A DNA stretch of 64,000 bases from Camelus dromedarius (taxonomy: Eukaryota): assembly GCF_036321535.1 (NCBI RefSeq), contig NC_087436.1:9858001-9922000 (forward strand), written 5' to 3'. Numbering within the stretch: the first letter of the stretch is position 1; each line of letters opens with the position of its first letter. A model generated the notes under the pieces. The model was not told the origin of the DNA. It did no database searches and saw only the letters and a program-made list of their open reading frames with translations. Positions 13,018-27,544 of the stretch are shown here, piece after piece. Made by a program: the position numbers and the translations under genes.

Positions 13018-13874
13018 ATACCAGTCACTCTTTAGCTCACTGTGCTTTTTTCAAATAGTAAATACCTTCTCATGAAATTACCATATATATTTACTTAGTT
13101 ATTGTCTCTGTTTTCCTGTAAAATTAAGTCTTATGAATCCAAGATCTTTGTTTAATTCATAAATGTCTCTCAGTGTTCAAATACCAATAATAAATCCTGA
13201 AAAGATTTTCTGAATGGAAGAATGAATGAGAAAACAAATATTAAAGCTTTGTGAAACAACAGAGTAAAAGAGAAATTATTTACAGATAGAAGTACAGATT
13301 AAACTAAGTTATTCATTCAGTTTAAATCAATCTCATGATATTTAAGAAAGGCTACTGGTTTTCAACAAAAACCTTTTTTGTTTTCAGGGTGAAGATGGTC
13401 TCTCTGCTTCAGGATAAGAATAGATCTGCCTAGTTTAACTAGGTTACTATTTTGTAATTGATACTTTTTCTAAGTGCTTTAATGTTTCAAATTCAGTATC
13501 TTGAATTTACCTACTTCCAGAGCCTGCCTCTCTACTGCATTATATCTAACAGCTGCTAAATTTAGCCTGAAGTCTTCAGCCTACCACTGAAAGCTAAAAT
13601 AGCTCCCTGAAGAATAATGTAGTTTATAGGATCACTGTTAAAATTAAGGCAGAGTTTCTCTTAAATTAAATTATGGATTAAAAACCATATTACATTTCAA
13701 GTCAAACATGTAAAAAACCTACACATAGTCTTTAAAGTGCAAAAACAAATTTTCTGAGAAGGTATTTGAAAAACAAACAGAATTTTGGAAGTTCACCAGT
13801 CTCTACTTATTATAAAAACGGAAATTTTACAAGAAGTAAAACAAACTGCTAACATTTTCACTGATTTGCAAGGC

Positions 13875-14025
13875 CTTGCTCCTCCAAGTGGTGGACAAGG
13901 TGTTTCCGCATCACCCAGAAACTTGTTAAAAATGTGGATCCTCAGGCCCCACTTTCTGAATCAGAGTCTGCATTTTAACAAGATTCCCCACGTGATTTGC
14001 ATGCATATTAAAGTTTAAGAAACTG
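13875..14025. mobile_element. MER5A-like hAT DNA transposon
   Basis: gcatcacccagaaacttgttaaaaatg...ctcaggcccc...ctgaatcagagtctgcattttaacaagattccc...ttaaagtttaagaaactgg is characteristic of MER5A. Confidence 0.75.
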
Positions 14026-16114
14026 GCCCTCATGGCCTTGTGAGGGCTGGAAATATCATAGTACTAGTATGGTGCTTAAAAATAAAACATAAGAAAGTCT
14101 TTTCCAAGAGGAGTTGAAGGGTTAGACCATTGAGTCTAAGCTGAGAAGACTGAACAGCTCATTGTCTGTTGATACCTCTACTCAGTGCCCCACAAGTATT
14201 TAGACTCTCATACCCAAAAACTGATCTCAGCATCCCTTCCCCATTCGTCTCCTCCTTTATCTCCTATCCTGGTAATGCCACTGTATTGCAAGCGCTCAAG
14301 GCCTGGCAGGTTCATGTGGGATTTGGGCAGACTGAAGAACACTCTTCAAGCTGTGGGTATCTCTGACATGCCTTTATTTTGGTGAGGAGTACACAGGCTT
14401 CAATGGTGGTGGTGGCAGAAAGTCCCATCCACCTTACATATCAAGGCAAACAAAGCTGGCATCTAGCCAGCTATGACCTATGGGCTGACCTATGGGCTAA
14501 CCTCTGCACTTCTGCAGCACAACTCATCATTACATAATGGTACACGGGTCTGCGCATGCGGGATAATATTGCTGAGTCACTGGGCATCAGATGTCCAGCG
14601 AGGGAGCCTGAGGATTTCCATTTTCCCTACAGCCACCAACATCTACCCAGTCACTCACTATAAACAAAATCTCAGCTTCACCAATTTGTTGTGTGACTTA
14701 GTCCAAGTCACTTAATTCTCTCTGTTTGATATTCATTCACTCATTCATTCAATAAATATACACCAGGCACCAACTTTGTGTCAGGTGCTGTGCTAGGTAT
14801 GGAGAATAAAGTCGTAAAGAAAACAGAAAAGGTCCTAGAGCTCATGGGACTCACAATATATAATTTCAGTTTTAGATGATGAATCTCAACAGATCTGTCA
14901 GAGTGCATCAGGAGCCAATCAGGGCGAGGGGGAGGGAGTGGGGAGATTGACATTCCAGATCTCCTGCACATGCTGGGTTTCAAGAAAGAGTTCATTTGAA
15001 GAAAGAATTTCATGGCAATAAAAAGAAAAGAAAAGAAACACCAGTAAACTGAAATCTAAGGCCTTCTCTAGAAATATCATTTCATACCATCTCTGGTTTT
15101 TATTTACAATTTTTTTGAATTCAGGAATTTTTAGAGTTGACACACTGAACTTAGTTTATTTCAATGTTTAAAAAGATATGAATAGACGTGTGTAACATAC
15201 TTAGAAGCCTACAATGCCCCTGTTAAATGGAAATGAGAAGATTTTCTAATATATGTCACATTATGATTAGAAGCACTGTTTATTACTTCCTTCACTTGAT
15301 TCATTCATATATTTCTCCCGCTTCTGCTTTATCTGTATTTTGTTAGTTTTATTTTTTATTTGTCCTCCATTTCCTCTTAACTTTTGGTGTACTGATCAGT
15401 TTCACTTGTCTCTAACACATTCTCTACTCTTGCCAGAGTAAGATTTCTGAAATGCAAATCTGATCATGTAATCCTTCTGGTATAAAACCCTCCAATAACT
15501 CACCATTGTCTTAAGAGAAAAGCAAACCCTTAATGTGGCATAAAAACAGAATTGTAAGTCAGCCACCCAAGTGGTCATAGAATGAAGATAACATTGCCAG
15601 ACATGATTTTAACCAAAGCATGGAGACAGGGAAATGTTGGGCTGATTTACGATTTCTTGGGCTGGAAATTTTGTGATTCCTACATTCAACTTGCTGTTCT
15701 TGGAAATGTTAAAATATACAGGATTAGTCTTCCAATACTCTAGTTCTCTTGAGAGTTAGAAGCAGAGAGTTAATCTTAGACTGCCTTAAGATCTCCACAT
15801 CCATTCTTGTTGTCCCTTAGAAATGGTCATCTATCTATTGTGTTCAATCTTCCTCTACTCTCTAACCACTAGAAACCTGTTTCTATGGAGATATTTTAAA
15901 GTCTCCCTAACCACGTCTCATCTGACTAAGAATACCAATTGATGTCAGTCTTTCTTGGACTCTCTCAGGACAAATATACATTCTCACTGCTCACTGTTAC
16001 TAGAACAACAATCAGATGGACCTGATTCTTGAAGAACATCTCCAGGAAAATAAATTCTCTAGGCAGGATTACAGGGTAACATCTTTCCCTGTGGACAGAA
16101 TGGTATATACCTAC

Positions 16115-16489
16115 TGCTATAGACTGCATATTTGTGTTCCCCCCAAATTCATGTGTTGAACTCAGATTCCCAATGTGATGATATTAGGAAGTGGGGCCTT
16201 TGGACATGATTCGCTCAAGAGGGAAGAGCCACCATAAATGGGATTACTGCCCTTACAAAAGAGACCTGAGAGCTTTGCTTTTCTGCCAAATGAGATAAAA
16301 ATAGAATTGACAGTCTGCAAACAGGAAGGAGGTTCTCATCAGAACCCAACCACAGGCTGGCATGCTGATCATCAACTTTAAGCCTCCAGAATTTTGAGAA
16401 ATGAATTTCTATTGTTTATAAACAATATAAACAAACAAAATCGCTCAGTTTGCTGTACTTCATTACAGCAGCCCACATTGACTAAGATA
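16115..16489 (+). mobile_element. MLT1A-like MaLR solo LTR
   Basis: tgctatagactg...gttccccccaaattcatgtgttgaa...gcctccagaattttgagaaat...cagcagccc...gactaagata. Confidence 0.8.
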
Positions 16490-17479
16490 CAAGACTCCAT
16501 GACACAGTTGTAGCAGGAATCAAATTGGAACTTTTGAATGAAGCACCACAAGACATGTGGTGCTACCTTTAAGGAGATGGTAGACTTCAAAGAAAACAGC
16601 CCAAACATCTTAAACTCCCTGACTCATATCAGAAATCTGAAAAAGGAGAAGGATGGACAGTTAAAGAATTTTATAATGAAGGTTTTGGAGGAGAAAATTG
16701 ATAGATTGTTGTGATTGTCACCCCCTCCCCCACATCGTTTATCTCTTCTGTCTGCTGTTTCCCATCAACATGGAAAGGATTCAAAACCTAGGATGGTAAC
16801 AGGCTGGTAAAGGAGAAACAATAGGACAAGAGGAAGGAGAAAAGGAAGACCATGTCCTTCTTCCCACTGTCACTAACCTGCTGAAAGAAGGCTTCAGCTG
16901 GAGGGAAGTGAGAAGATTTTAGCTTGAATCAAATGTAGAGTTTTGATTATTATCTGGGATGTATTGCATTTCTGAGTTGTGTCTGTGTTTACACAATAGG
17001 ACTTTGTCTTATTGCAGTGACCAGAGAAGTCTGAGGGATTGAGTATTCTCGCGGACAGAAGATGTATTCCCAATAGGCAGATTTCACTGGGCAGCGGAAG
17101 ACAGATGCACAGCTGCTTTTTGGATTTTGCTGCATGAGTCCACCAAGTTCAAAGCACTAGCCACAGAGTCATAGCCCCCAGACTTTCCAGCCACCTGTCC
17201 CCCCAAACCTGGCAGTGCTCCCCACTACTACACCCCTTTATAGCTAAGTCCCTGCACCCCTCACAGCCTCACAGGAAAACATGATTCACTAAGAGCCCAG
17301 AATATTTCAATCACCCACATAAACTGCTGCAAAGTGGAAGACGGAGTTCTTGACCCAAACCAGAGATCCAGTGTGAGCCATCTCATCACACTTTCTTGCC
17401 TGGAATCGTTCACCTTGTATATTAATCTCATTTTTCTCCACTCCTTTTTTTTTTTGGTCTGTCCCAAAAGTTACCCTAT

Positions 17480-17494
17480 CTTTCTTTCTTTCCT

Positions 17495-17573
<79 letters not shown>

Positions 17574-17665
17574 AGTATAGTTGATTGACAATGTTATGTT
17601 ACTTTTTGATGTATAGCATAGTGATTCAGTTATACATATATGCATTTTTTTCATATTCTTTTTGG
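17480..17665 (-). mobile_element. Short L1 3'-end fragment whose tail is a (GAAA)n microsatellite, seen as (TTTC)n at ~17480-17573
   Basis: About 23 TTTC units followed by tagtatagttgattgacaatgttatg...gtgattcagttatacatatat, the L1 3' UTR end on the reverse strand. Confidence 0.75.
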
Positions 17666-17710
17666 ATCTTTATTCTTGATTCTGTCTCACTTTTCGAAAC
17701 TGCCTCATCC

Positions 17711-18229
17711 TGTAATGGGGAAGAACAAATCTGACTCCATATTAGATCTACTCTTTTGGCTCTAACCCTGTGCTCTGTTTCCTGTGCTCAGTCACGCTGG
17801 TTCTGCACCTTTTGTAAAAGAATGTTGCCTAGAGCCTGAAATACACAGGAAAACCCATTCTCAAGGCTCTGACTTTTAAGGGCATAACACTTTTCTATTC
17901 ATATAGAGATAAAATGTTGCAGAACAGAGAATAACATTTGTCTTGTTGAAAGTTTCCAGGGACACCATGACCTGACCTACATGGACAGCTGCGAAAACAA
18001 AGGATTCCTACACCAAGAAGTTTGCAGCGACCAACCACACCCCCTCCCCTTTTAGCAGAAAAGGAGCCTGAATTTTGACTTGGGTAAGATGGTTCACCAG
18101 GACATTAGTCCTCCAACTTCTGGGTCTGCTGGCTTTCCAAATAAAATCATTACTCCTTGCCTGTACACCTGGTCTCCCAACTTATTGGCCCGTCTTGCAG
18201 CGAGCAGAATGAGTTTGGACTCAGTAACA
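17711..18229 (+). mobile_element. ERV1-type solo LTR
   Basis: TGTAA...GTAACA termini, 4-bp TSD ATCC/ATCC, AATAAA at ~18139. Confidence 0.9.
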
Positions 18230-19615
18230 ATCCCTCTGTCCTGACAGTCAGCCTCAATGCTTGGATAGAAGACGGGTCTGCCAGGCACCGCCAGGGCTCT
18301 GGCCTTATCCAGCACCCTCCAGCCCAGCACCTCGGCGGTCAGGGCAGTTGGGCACAGGGAAAGGAGGCGTGGGGTGTGCCTTCCAGGCCAGCCGGCTCCC
18401 GCAGCAGGCTCAGGCTCCAGGTTAGAAGGGGTCTCTGAGACCTACTGAACTGCTAGATCCAAACCACCTTTTACATCTATCTTTGTTCAACTCTTTATTC
18501 TTCTGGCAACTTCTTTGCCATTTCCTTCCAGTCCATTGCATCAGACTTTGCGTTCATTGCTTTATGTCTTACACTTTTGACCTTGTTAAATGTTGTGTCT
18601 CCATCACAAAGACACAGCTCAGAATCACCTGGGCTAATGCCGCCTCAGAATTTCTACTGAACCTCAAATCACCTCTACCTAGAGGAACATCCCTGTGAGC
18701 AGGGCTGCCCCCACCCCTCACCACCCCAGACTCACCTGTGCTTCAAGAGCTGCATCTGAAGAAGCCAGGTGCACAAGAGAGGATGGTGCCATGAAATCTT
18801 GAGTCACTTGTATGTCAATTATACCTCAATAAAGCTGAAATTTAAAAAAGAAGAGAGAAAAGGAAACCTTGAGTATTTTTGGAACAGCACTAACCCAGGT
18901 GGATAATACACTCAACACGTTTCTTACATTTCATTTTTGTTTATTTTCAGTTCTGTCTGAAGCCAAGGTTTACATAACCCTTTTTCTTAATTTCAGTTGA
19001 CAGGCCAGTTTTGAGTATTTCTGTATGTTGCCTATAATTCGGTCTTGAAGTTACTGAAAATAATTTTTCTTTCCTGAGAAAAAATATTTTCTTTTAAAAA
19101 GAAGCAGCATGCAAGCTAAACAGAGGTCAATTGACAGTTGAATGGTTTCATGAGCCTGCCAATTAGACTGTAGCAGTTGTCATCATTTCCAATTGGGGGA
19201 AGAAACAGTGAAAACAGATCTTTTGTGGTTTGTTTGTTTGTTTGCTGGGTCAGAGAAAATTATTTTCACACTGCCTTGTTGAGATTTACTAAAGATTGAG
19301 GGAAAATTTTTACAGGAAATACTTTGTTTTCCTCTAGATTCCATGTTTAAATTTTCTCGTTTGATTCTCTGAATTAAATGATGATGGCCATCAGTGGATT
19401 ATTTACTGCATATATCATGGGAAGGTGATATTTGAAGGATGGAGTGAAGAAAAGGCTTCCAGAGGTACTGAGTTTAAAATCATCCTGGAAAAGGTCAAGT
19501 GGAGACTAAGAGAATATTGAAGCCCCTCGTGCTTGAAGGTGGACTGGATAACTTCTAGGGCAGTGATCTCCAACCTTTTGTGGGGTGGGGTATATGCACC
19601 TGTTTTGTACCCATT

Positions 19616-20109
19616 TGTAATAGAAAAGAACTACTCTGACTCCATATTAGATCTATTCCTTTGGTTTTAACCCTGTGCTTTGTTTCCTAGGCTTAGTCTT
19701 GCTGGCTCTGCACTTTTTATAAAAGAATGTTGCTTAGAGCCTGACTTATACAGTATAGCCTTTAAGGATATAACACCTTCCCATTCATATAAAGATTAAA
19801 AGTTGCAGAATAGAAAATAACATTTATTTTGTTGGAGGTTTACAGGGACACCATGACCTGACCCACGTGGATAGCTGCAAGAACAAAGGATTCCAGCACC
19901 AAGAAGTTTGCAACAAGCACACACTCCTTCCCTTTTTCAGTATAAAAGAAGCCTGAATTCTAACTGAGGGGAAGATGGTTCTCCAGGACATTAGTCCCCC
20001 ATCTTCCCAGCTGGCTTTCTGAATAGTCATTATTCCTTGCCCCAACACCTCAGCTCCCAATTTATTGGTCTATCATTCAGCGAGCAGAATGAATTTGGAC
20101 TTGGTAACA
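19616..20109 (+). mobile_element. ERV1-type solo LTR (same family as 17711)
   Basis: TGTAA...GTAACA termini, TSD CATT/CTTT (3 of 4), collinear with 17711-18229, TATAAAA box. Confidence 0.88.
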
Positions 20110-21454
20110 CTTTTGAGATGGCCAGACAGGTGTGCTACAAGAAGACATGGAGGAGAGGCTGAGAAAACAGCAAAGTGTATTATACCCACAGGTGCTGGGG
20201 GCGGCCACACGGAGCCATGGCGGGCAAGCCTCTGGGGTGGGGGTGGGAGGTCAAGAGACAGATATCAGGAGTAAGGGGGATTCAGGCCAGAGTCTTTGCT
20301 GGAGAATATGATCTCCAGGTGTATGGGCCACATACAGAGGATATATATCCAGAGGTCTGGCTCTGGACTTGGGGGTTTGTACATCAAAGCCATGATCCTG
20401 GCAGGGAGTCCTATCTCAGAACTGGCTAGCCCTGGAGGGGCAGTCTCTCCATAGCTACCAAAGTACTTCTAAAGATGTCAAACATCATAACATAGAGAAA
20501 TTTCAAAATAATTACAATACAGAAGCTCATCAGAAAATGATTTGAGAGTCTGTGCCCCTAAAATATGCATATTCATCTACTTATAAATTATATGCATACA
20601 ATACATTAATATATTAAGTGAATTCAAATAGAAATTAGGAAATGATGCATTTTAGGGGAAACTTTATATAAAATAATGCCCACTATGAAATAATTCAAAT
20701 TTAAAGGCAATGCAAACTTTAAAATTAATCATACAAAAAATTTTGCTTTTATTGAATACATTTCAGTTTTAATAAGTTAGTGAGAGCAATGCTGTTGAAT
20801 ATGCTTTATTATTTAAAAGGACTGTGTCGGCATTATGATGCAACAAATTAACAATGATATTCTAAATTAAGGTTTTTTAACCTTTAAAACAGGAAAATTT
20901 TAATAGTTAGACAAATAGACTCAATACCAAGAAAACCAAAAGAAACCCCTCTGTATTCCTCACCCATTTCAATCCTTATCAGTTCATAGAAACCTTGGTT
21001 TATCTACACACTCCCCCTGACCGCTGCCCTGGATTATTTTTAAACAAATTTCAGATACCATATAATTCATTTGTAAATATTTCAAACGTGTATTTCTTAA
21101 AGGTAGATATTTTTCAAAGAAACCACAACATCATTAAGAGGAAAAAATTAGCAAACATTCCTTCACATTGTCAAATATCCAGGCACTGTTCATATCTCTG
21201 CATTATGTTTCCTACAGCCAATTGCGATCACATTGGTGCTTGATCTCATTACTGTGATAGCTGAAAAAGAAGCATTGCAAAATCATCATGTAAACGTAAA
21301 CATTTAGAACAAGTTAATTATGAATGATAGTAGATATGAAATCATATTTCAAAGAGTCTTCCTTGATAATTTTGAACATTTTTGCCCAACTTTATAAAAT
21401 CTGTTTAGACTGCCATTGTTTTCATCTTGTAATACATTGGATGAAAGAGCTCTT

Positions 21455-21779
21455 TTAAAAAAAAAGTTATTGAGATAGAATTGACATGGGACATTGGGTA
21501 AGTTTAAAAAAAATTATTGAGATAGAATTGACATGGGACATTGGGTAAGTTTAAAAAAAATTATTGAGATAGAATTGACATGGGACATTGGATAAGTTTA
21601 AGATGTACAACATGTTGATTCAGTACTCTTATCTATTGCAATATGATGACCATCTTAGGGTTAGCTGACACCTCCATCACTTCCCCAAATTATCATTTTT
21701 TTTTTTTTTTGATGAGAACATTTAAGATCTGGTCTCTTAGCCACTTTGAATTATATAATACAGTATTTTTTAACTATCA
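21455..21779 (-). mobile_element. 5'-truncated L1 3' end with a triplicated 47-bp terminus
   Basis: L1 3'-UTR-like sequence. TSD AAAGAGCTCTT (21444-21454) / AAAGGGCTCTT (21780-21790). Confidence 0.75.
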
Positions 21780-22289
21780 AAAGGGCTCTTACTAAGAAAT
21801 AGGATCCTCAGCTCTGCCATCTTCTTGTTTCCCTCCTTGCTTTACTAGCATCACTGTCAAGCCTGGCTTCTTAAAACAATTTTTAAAGCCACTTGTACAT
21901 ATGATAAGGTCTACTTTAGTTAAAACCATCTATCACATATTACACATCATAAAACTATATATAAGCCATAGGTCCACTTAAGTCACACTCAGAATTCGGT
22001 GTATTACCATATAACTTCAAACAAAGGGACAGGGAGGATTGTCCTGTGAAGCCCTCTGTGCTGGAGAAACCCCATCTTTCATCCAGAAAACTTCCCTTAT
22101 TACAGGGAACTCAGGACTAATCTGAAGATAGAATGAGGGCACCAGTGTTAATCCACATAATTCAATATTAGTAAAGCTTATTTTTTTTCCAAAATACTTG
22201 TAAATAAAGCTAAATATAACTGGAGGCTCTAAAGCTTTATTCCTACTCCATGGATTCTCACACATACCCCTTTGGGTGAATCTACCCAC

Positions 22290-24720
22290 TTGGTGTTTTC
22301 TGAGTTTTCTAGATCTGTGACTTGCTATCTGTCAGTACTTTTGGAAGGTTCTTGGCCATTATGACTTTAAATATTGCTTCTACTCCATTCTTCTCTTTCT
22401 TCTCTATTTGGTATTTCAATTACACATATGTTGCACCTTCTGAAATTGCCCCATAGTTCTTGTGTACTTTATTCTGTTCTTTTCACTCTTCTCTTTGCAT
22501 TTTGTTTGGGGAGTTTCTGTGACCCTTTCTCAAGCTCACTGACCTTCTCATGTCCCGTCTACTGATAAGCTCATTAAAGGCATTCTTCATATCTAAGTGT
22601 TTTTTATGTCTAGAATTTCCTTTTGATTCAATGTTAGAATTTCCATCTCTCTGTTTATATTAGGTAGTTAGATAAGTGGGGAAACCTGGCAGATAAGGTG
22701 GAGGAGAAGGAGGATGGTCTGAAAGATGGTGGTACGCCCGCCTCCAACATAAAGGGGCTTTACTTGTTCTAAATAAGTGCTAGCAAGAAACTGGTTAGAA
22801 TCTGACAACCCCAACTGCGCAGTAGTGACAAGAACCTAAGCGGCCATGAACCAATGCTCGTTGTAATATAATTAGCATTGCAGTTTAGCCCCCCACCCCC
22901 TACCCTCACCATGGGTTTTTGTGTGTGTATCATGGGTAAGGACATGCACAAAGAGGACTAAGAAGACTAGACACACTGGGGGAAAGAACTGTCAATCAAT
23001 CAAGAGGCCAACTCTAAGCGAGAGTATAAGAGAAGGGGGCAAACCAAGACCATTGCTATCCGCTCTTGGATCAGCCCTCCTCCCATTCTTGAAGGTGTAC
23101 TTTCCCTTTGTTACATAAATACTTTAAAATTTTTCTCTACACAATGCTCCATCTCCTGTCTATATTCATATTGTTCAGGTAAGACAAGAACCAGGATCTT
23201 TTCCCTTCCCCTTTTGGGGTACCATTTATATTACCCATCTGTTCCTACATGTTGTCTACTCTTTCCATGAGAGCATTTAACATGTTAATCATAGTATTTG
23301 AAATTCCCTGTCTCATAATTTCAACATCTGTGTCATATCTAAGTCTGATTCTGATCTGTCATATCTAAGTCCGCATCTCTTCAGACTGCTTTTCTGTGGC
23401 TTTTTAGCATGACTTGTAATTTTTTTTGTAAAAAGCCTCACATGATATATCAGGTAATAAGACAGGTAAATAGTCAGTATGAAGTTTTATATTAATCTGG
23501 CTAGGAACTCACTTGTGTTTAATGTCTCTGTAGCTCTAAGTACCAGAGGCTTCAAGTTTCTCTAACCACCTCCCTTTTTTTTTTCTTCTCTATTGGCTTT
23601 AGGTTTTCCTAAGTGATCACTCCCCTTAGAGTCTGTTTCTTACAGCTCTTCCAGCATAATCCACTGTTGTTATATTGAAGCCCTGATAGTAAGTGGTAAA
23701 CTATTGGGGAGAGGAAGCATTCTATAATCCTAAAATTAAATCTCAGTTTTGGGGTGAATCTGTCCTTGGAGGCTTACCTTCCCAAGTGGTTCCCATTATA
23801 TGTGGGAAAGAGAGGCTAGAGGGGACCAAAGGGAAATGAATGTTTTTCCCTCACTTGGGATAAGGCTCTGCTGAGATTTTTCCTCCAAAGAGTAGATCTT
23901 TTTATGGAGAAAGCTCTCAGTGTTTTCCACAAGGATTACTCTTTTCTTCCCCTGTCTGAGCCACCAGGGACTTTTCTCAGCTCTTTGTCAAGAACCAGTT
24001 GGGAAAAAAATCTGACATTACCTCTTCAAGCAATACCACTGTCCCACTGCCTCTCTCTCCTCTTCCTGGGACTCCAATTTTACATGTGATAGACTCCTTT
24101 ACCTCATTGCGTGTTTCTTGTGCTCTTTTATGTATTTTCCATCATTTTGTCTCTCATACTTCAGTTTGGACAATTTTTTCTTCTGACCCATATTTTGATT
24201 CATTTATTATCTTTTGATTCTATTAGACCTGATGATTTTTCTTTTAATGTCTGGCATTTTTTTATGAAAAAAAAGTATAGCTAACTTGAATTTCTGGAGG
24301 ATATGTCTGCCCAGAGAGAATTTACTTTCCTTCTACTAAGGTACTAGGAATCCCAGGTCATCTTAATCTAATCAAGGATTGAAATGATTCTAATTTGAGC
24401 CTTATTTATGATTCACCCTTGATTCCTAGCATGGGGCCCTTCATGGTCCTGGCACAAAGCCTGTAATGTTTGCTAGGTTTACTCCTTCTTTGTCATTCCT
24501 AAAACCCAGTTTTTTATCGCCAAAACCTCATGAGTCTATCAAAGTCTCAGCTTCACAGTGCCCATCGTTACTTTTGGAATTGACAGATATTGGACTCACC
24601 TCTCTGAACCTCCATCTTCTCCAGGATCTTGGTCTCACACATATTTGCTATTTGGCAGCTTTCCTATGTTTTCAAGTAGATTTTATTTTGTATTATTTTA
24701 TTTTTGTCCAGAACTTCTAG
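22290..24720 (-). mobile_element. Old L1M remnants, interrupted by a solo LTR
   Basis: T-rich, degenerate L1-like sequence that continues across the 22658 LTR (tttccatctctctgttta|tattacccatctg). Confidence 0.55.
22658..23224 (+). mobile_element. ERV1-type solo LTR with a terminus related to the 50065 provirus LTRs
   Basis: Starts T(A)TTAGGTAGTTAGATA (compare TGTTAGGTAGTTTAGATAG), ends GGTACCA, TSD TTTA/TTTA, TATAAG box. Confidence 0.82.
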
Positions 24721-24935
24721 TTCTTAGTTAGGATTAGAATTACTGAAAATATTATTTTTTTTTTCCAAAAGGACCATAAAGAGTAAAAACATTTACTTAT
24801 TGCCCTTGTATCTTAGTGATCTGAGACTCTGGTCCCATAACAAAGTATCAAATAAGGTCTGGTCCAGAAATAGTATATGTGCTTATTTTTTAATAAGACA
24901 GAATTCTAAGGATATAAATCAGCTAGCTTTTATAA

Positions 24936-25531
24936 TGTCAAAACTGAGCTGGACCATGTAGGGGCCTCCTGGATTCAAATCCTTTCCATGTTCCCATTTC
25001 TTGTTTGTAGGAACTAGGTTTCATTCAGCCTCCTTGACCGTCCCTGAGTTCCAGAGGCAGATTCAAACAGTTATTAATCAAGGAAGAGAGAGAATGAAGA
25101 AACAAAGGAGAAGCAGTCAAGAAACAATAGTGCAGGATGGGGCAGGATCTTGGTTCTTCCTCAAGGAATATACATAACAATACCTTTGAATTCTTCTGCA
25201 GGAACTAAGGCCCTCTCCCAGGTGGAGAATGGTGACTTCAGGCTGAGCACAAGATTCTTGGAGCACCGCCCTGTGACCTCACCACCAACCAATCAGGAGA
25301 AAGTCTACCCACAGTGGAAGATAAGGAAGATTTTGATCCCCTCCCTGAATTATTCTCCCTTTAAAAACTCTCACAGTTCACCAGGATCTTTGGAGTTGGT
25401 TTTTGGACATGAATTCACCTTCTTCCCAAGTTGCAGGCTTCCTGAATAAAGCAACCTTTCCTTTCCACCCACACTTGTCTCCCAAGTATTGGCTCTCAAG
25501 TGGTGAACAGCCAAACCTGAGTTTGGTAACA
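24936..25531 (+). mobile_element. ERV1-type solo LTR
   Basis: TGTCA...GTAACA termini, TSD ATAA/ATAT, AATAAA at ~25445. Shares blocks with the LTRs at 40116 and 44779. Confidence 0.85.
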
Positions 25532-26960
25532 ATATATTCTTTAAAATTTCACCAGAAATACCTAGTTAATGGACTATGTACAGAATTCCTTTTTGTAATT
25601 TCCCTTGCAAACACCAGTTCTTGCTAAGGCAGTGAATTTTATGACACAGCAACTGCAAACTAACCTGTGGAGTTAAATACAACTCTCTGGGAATTCTGTG
25701 GTTAAGCAAGCTCTGTAGTTGATGGTTTTCTCTTAAAGAACCTGCAAGTAGTTTGTTCTATTTCATGATTCTATGAACTTTGATGATACCCTTACTGATC
25801 TTATATCTTCTAGAGGTCATCCCAGAGGAAAAGGAGCAAGCTTTTCAAAGTTGCCTTCAATAGATTTCAAACTCTTAAAAAGAATGTCTTGTTATCTTAA
25901 CAAGTGACTTTTATGCTTCCTGGACCGTGCAAATTCTCTATAAATGTTTGATGTACACATGAGTGAGTGAATGAATGGAAACAGGGGACATTCTCTAGAT
26001 TTTCAGTGTTCTCCTTGAAAATAAAAACCTCAGACTTAGCACAATATTCTATTTTATTCTTATCAAATCAAGAGGGGCAAAGGAGTCACCTCTGAAATTC
26101 TGGGAAAGTTTTAATCCAAGAAAAATAGTAAAAAGAACAATATTAAGAATACAAGTAATATAATAACTCAGGTTAAATAAGAACTAGATGACCTATGGCT
26201 CAGGCAATTATTTGCCTTCAGTGCTTAAAAGTTTCCAAAGGTTTGTGTATCTTAAATAAGTGCTCAACTAAGCTTATACTATTTTCAAAATAATTTTTTC
26301 TTTCTCTAGAATTATGATGCTATTGCAATTATTTTCTTCCTATAGTATACATATGGAAAAATGCAAAGATAGACTAAATAGTGGGAAAAGTAGAAATCTA
26401 GGAAGCATTTAAAACTTTTAACTATGTCTTCAACATGGTGAAGATACTCATTAATTAACATGGAATTATTTCTATGCCAGTATGTTTTATTTATTGCATT
26501 CTACCTACTCCTGAAATGTTTTTTTAGAAGTGATGAAATTAATAATGGATAATTAAAGAAGAATATGTATCTTTGTTAAATGATATTTAGAATGGCTGAT
26601 GATTTTTGTTTATTTAAATTTAGTTGTGTTTATTTAAAGGATTCCTTGTTTTATTGTATTCAGTAGCAATATGATAAACTGTTGAACTAAACCAGATAAA
26701 TAGAAAGCATTATAAATAATCCTCTTTTTATTACAAGAGATGACATTTTTATCCTCCTCCAAAAAAAAAAAATCCTCCAAATAGATTTTCCCTGAGCATA
26801 CAGAATTTAATGTAAAAAGTTACACTTTTGCATCATTCAAAGCACTATATTTGGTACTGTTGATAAAAGTTCTTTGGTGTCTCTCAGATAGTTTTATGCA
26901 TAGAAAAGAAAATTCAGAAATTTACCTTGTGCATAATCAACCTATCAAATTTATAATTTT

Positions 26961-27520
26961 AAAACAAACCGAAATGTCCATTGACAGATGGCTGGATAAA
27001 GAAGCTGTGATATATTTATACAATGGAATACTACTCAGCCATTAAAATAATAAAATAATGCCACTTATATTATGGAAACACCTGGAGATTGCCATTCTAA
27101 GTGAAGTAAGCCAGAAAGAGGAAGAAAAATACCATATGATATCACTTATATGTGAAATCTAAAAAAAAAAACAAAAGACAGACTTATTTACAAAACAGAA
27201 ACAGACTCACAAAGTAAACAAACTTATGATTACCAGGAGGGGAAGGGAGTGGGAAAGATAAATTGGGAGTTCGAGATTTGTAGATACTAACTACTATATA
27301 TAAAATAGATAAACAAGAAGTTCATACTGTATAGCACAGGGAACTATATTCAATATCTTGTAGTAACTTATAGTGAAGAAGAATATGAAAATGAATTTAT
27401 GTATGTTCATGTATGACTGAAGCATTATGCTGTACACCAGAAATTGGCACAACAATGTAAACTGATTATGTGTGTATATATATATTTATATGTATATGTA
27501 TATTTATATTTATATATAAG
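26961..27520 (+). mobile_element. L1 3' fragment (ORF2 C-terminus and 3' UTR), cetartiodactyl/camelid-like
   Basis: aaatgtccattgacagatg...ggaatactactcagcc...ataaattgggagttcgagatttgtagatact...agcacagggaactatattcaatatcttg, followed by a TA-rich tail. Confidence 0.85.
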
Positions 27521-27544
27521 AAAACAGAAAAGAAATTGAGGGGG

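Noticed and set aside
17307..17654. ORF with an ERKK repeat
   Set aside because: Translation of a (GAAA)n microsatellite.
17711..20109. Two same-family LTRs as the ends of one provirus
   Set aside because: Each has its own TSD (ATCC; CATT/CTTT), and I see no PBS, PPT or retroviral sequence between them.
21455..21602. CRISPR-like array
   Set aside because: Head-to-tail repeat with no unique spacers, L1-derived, in a mammalian context.
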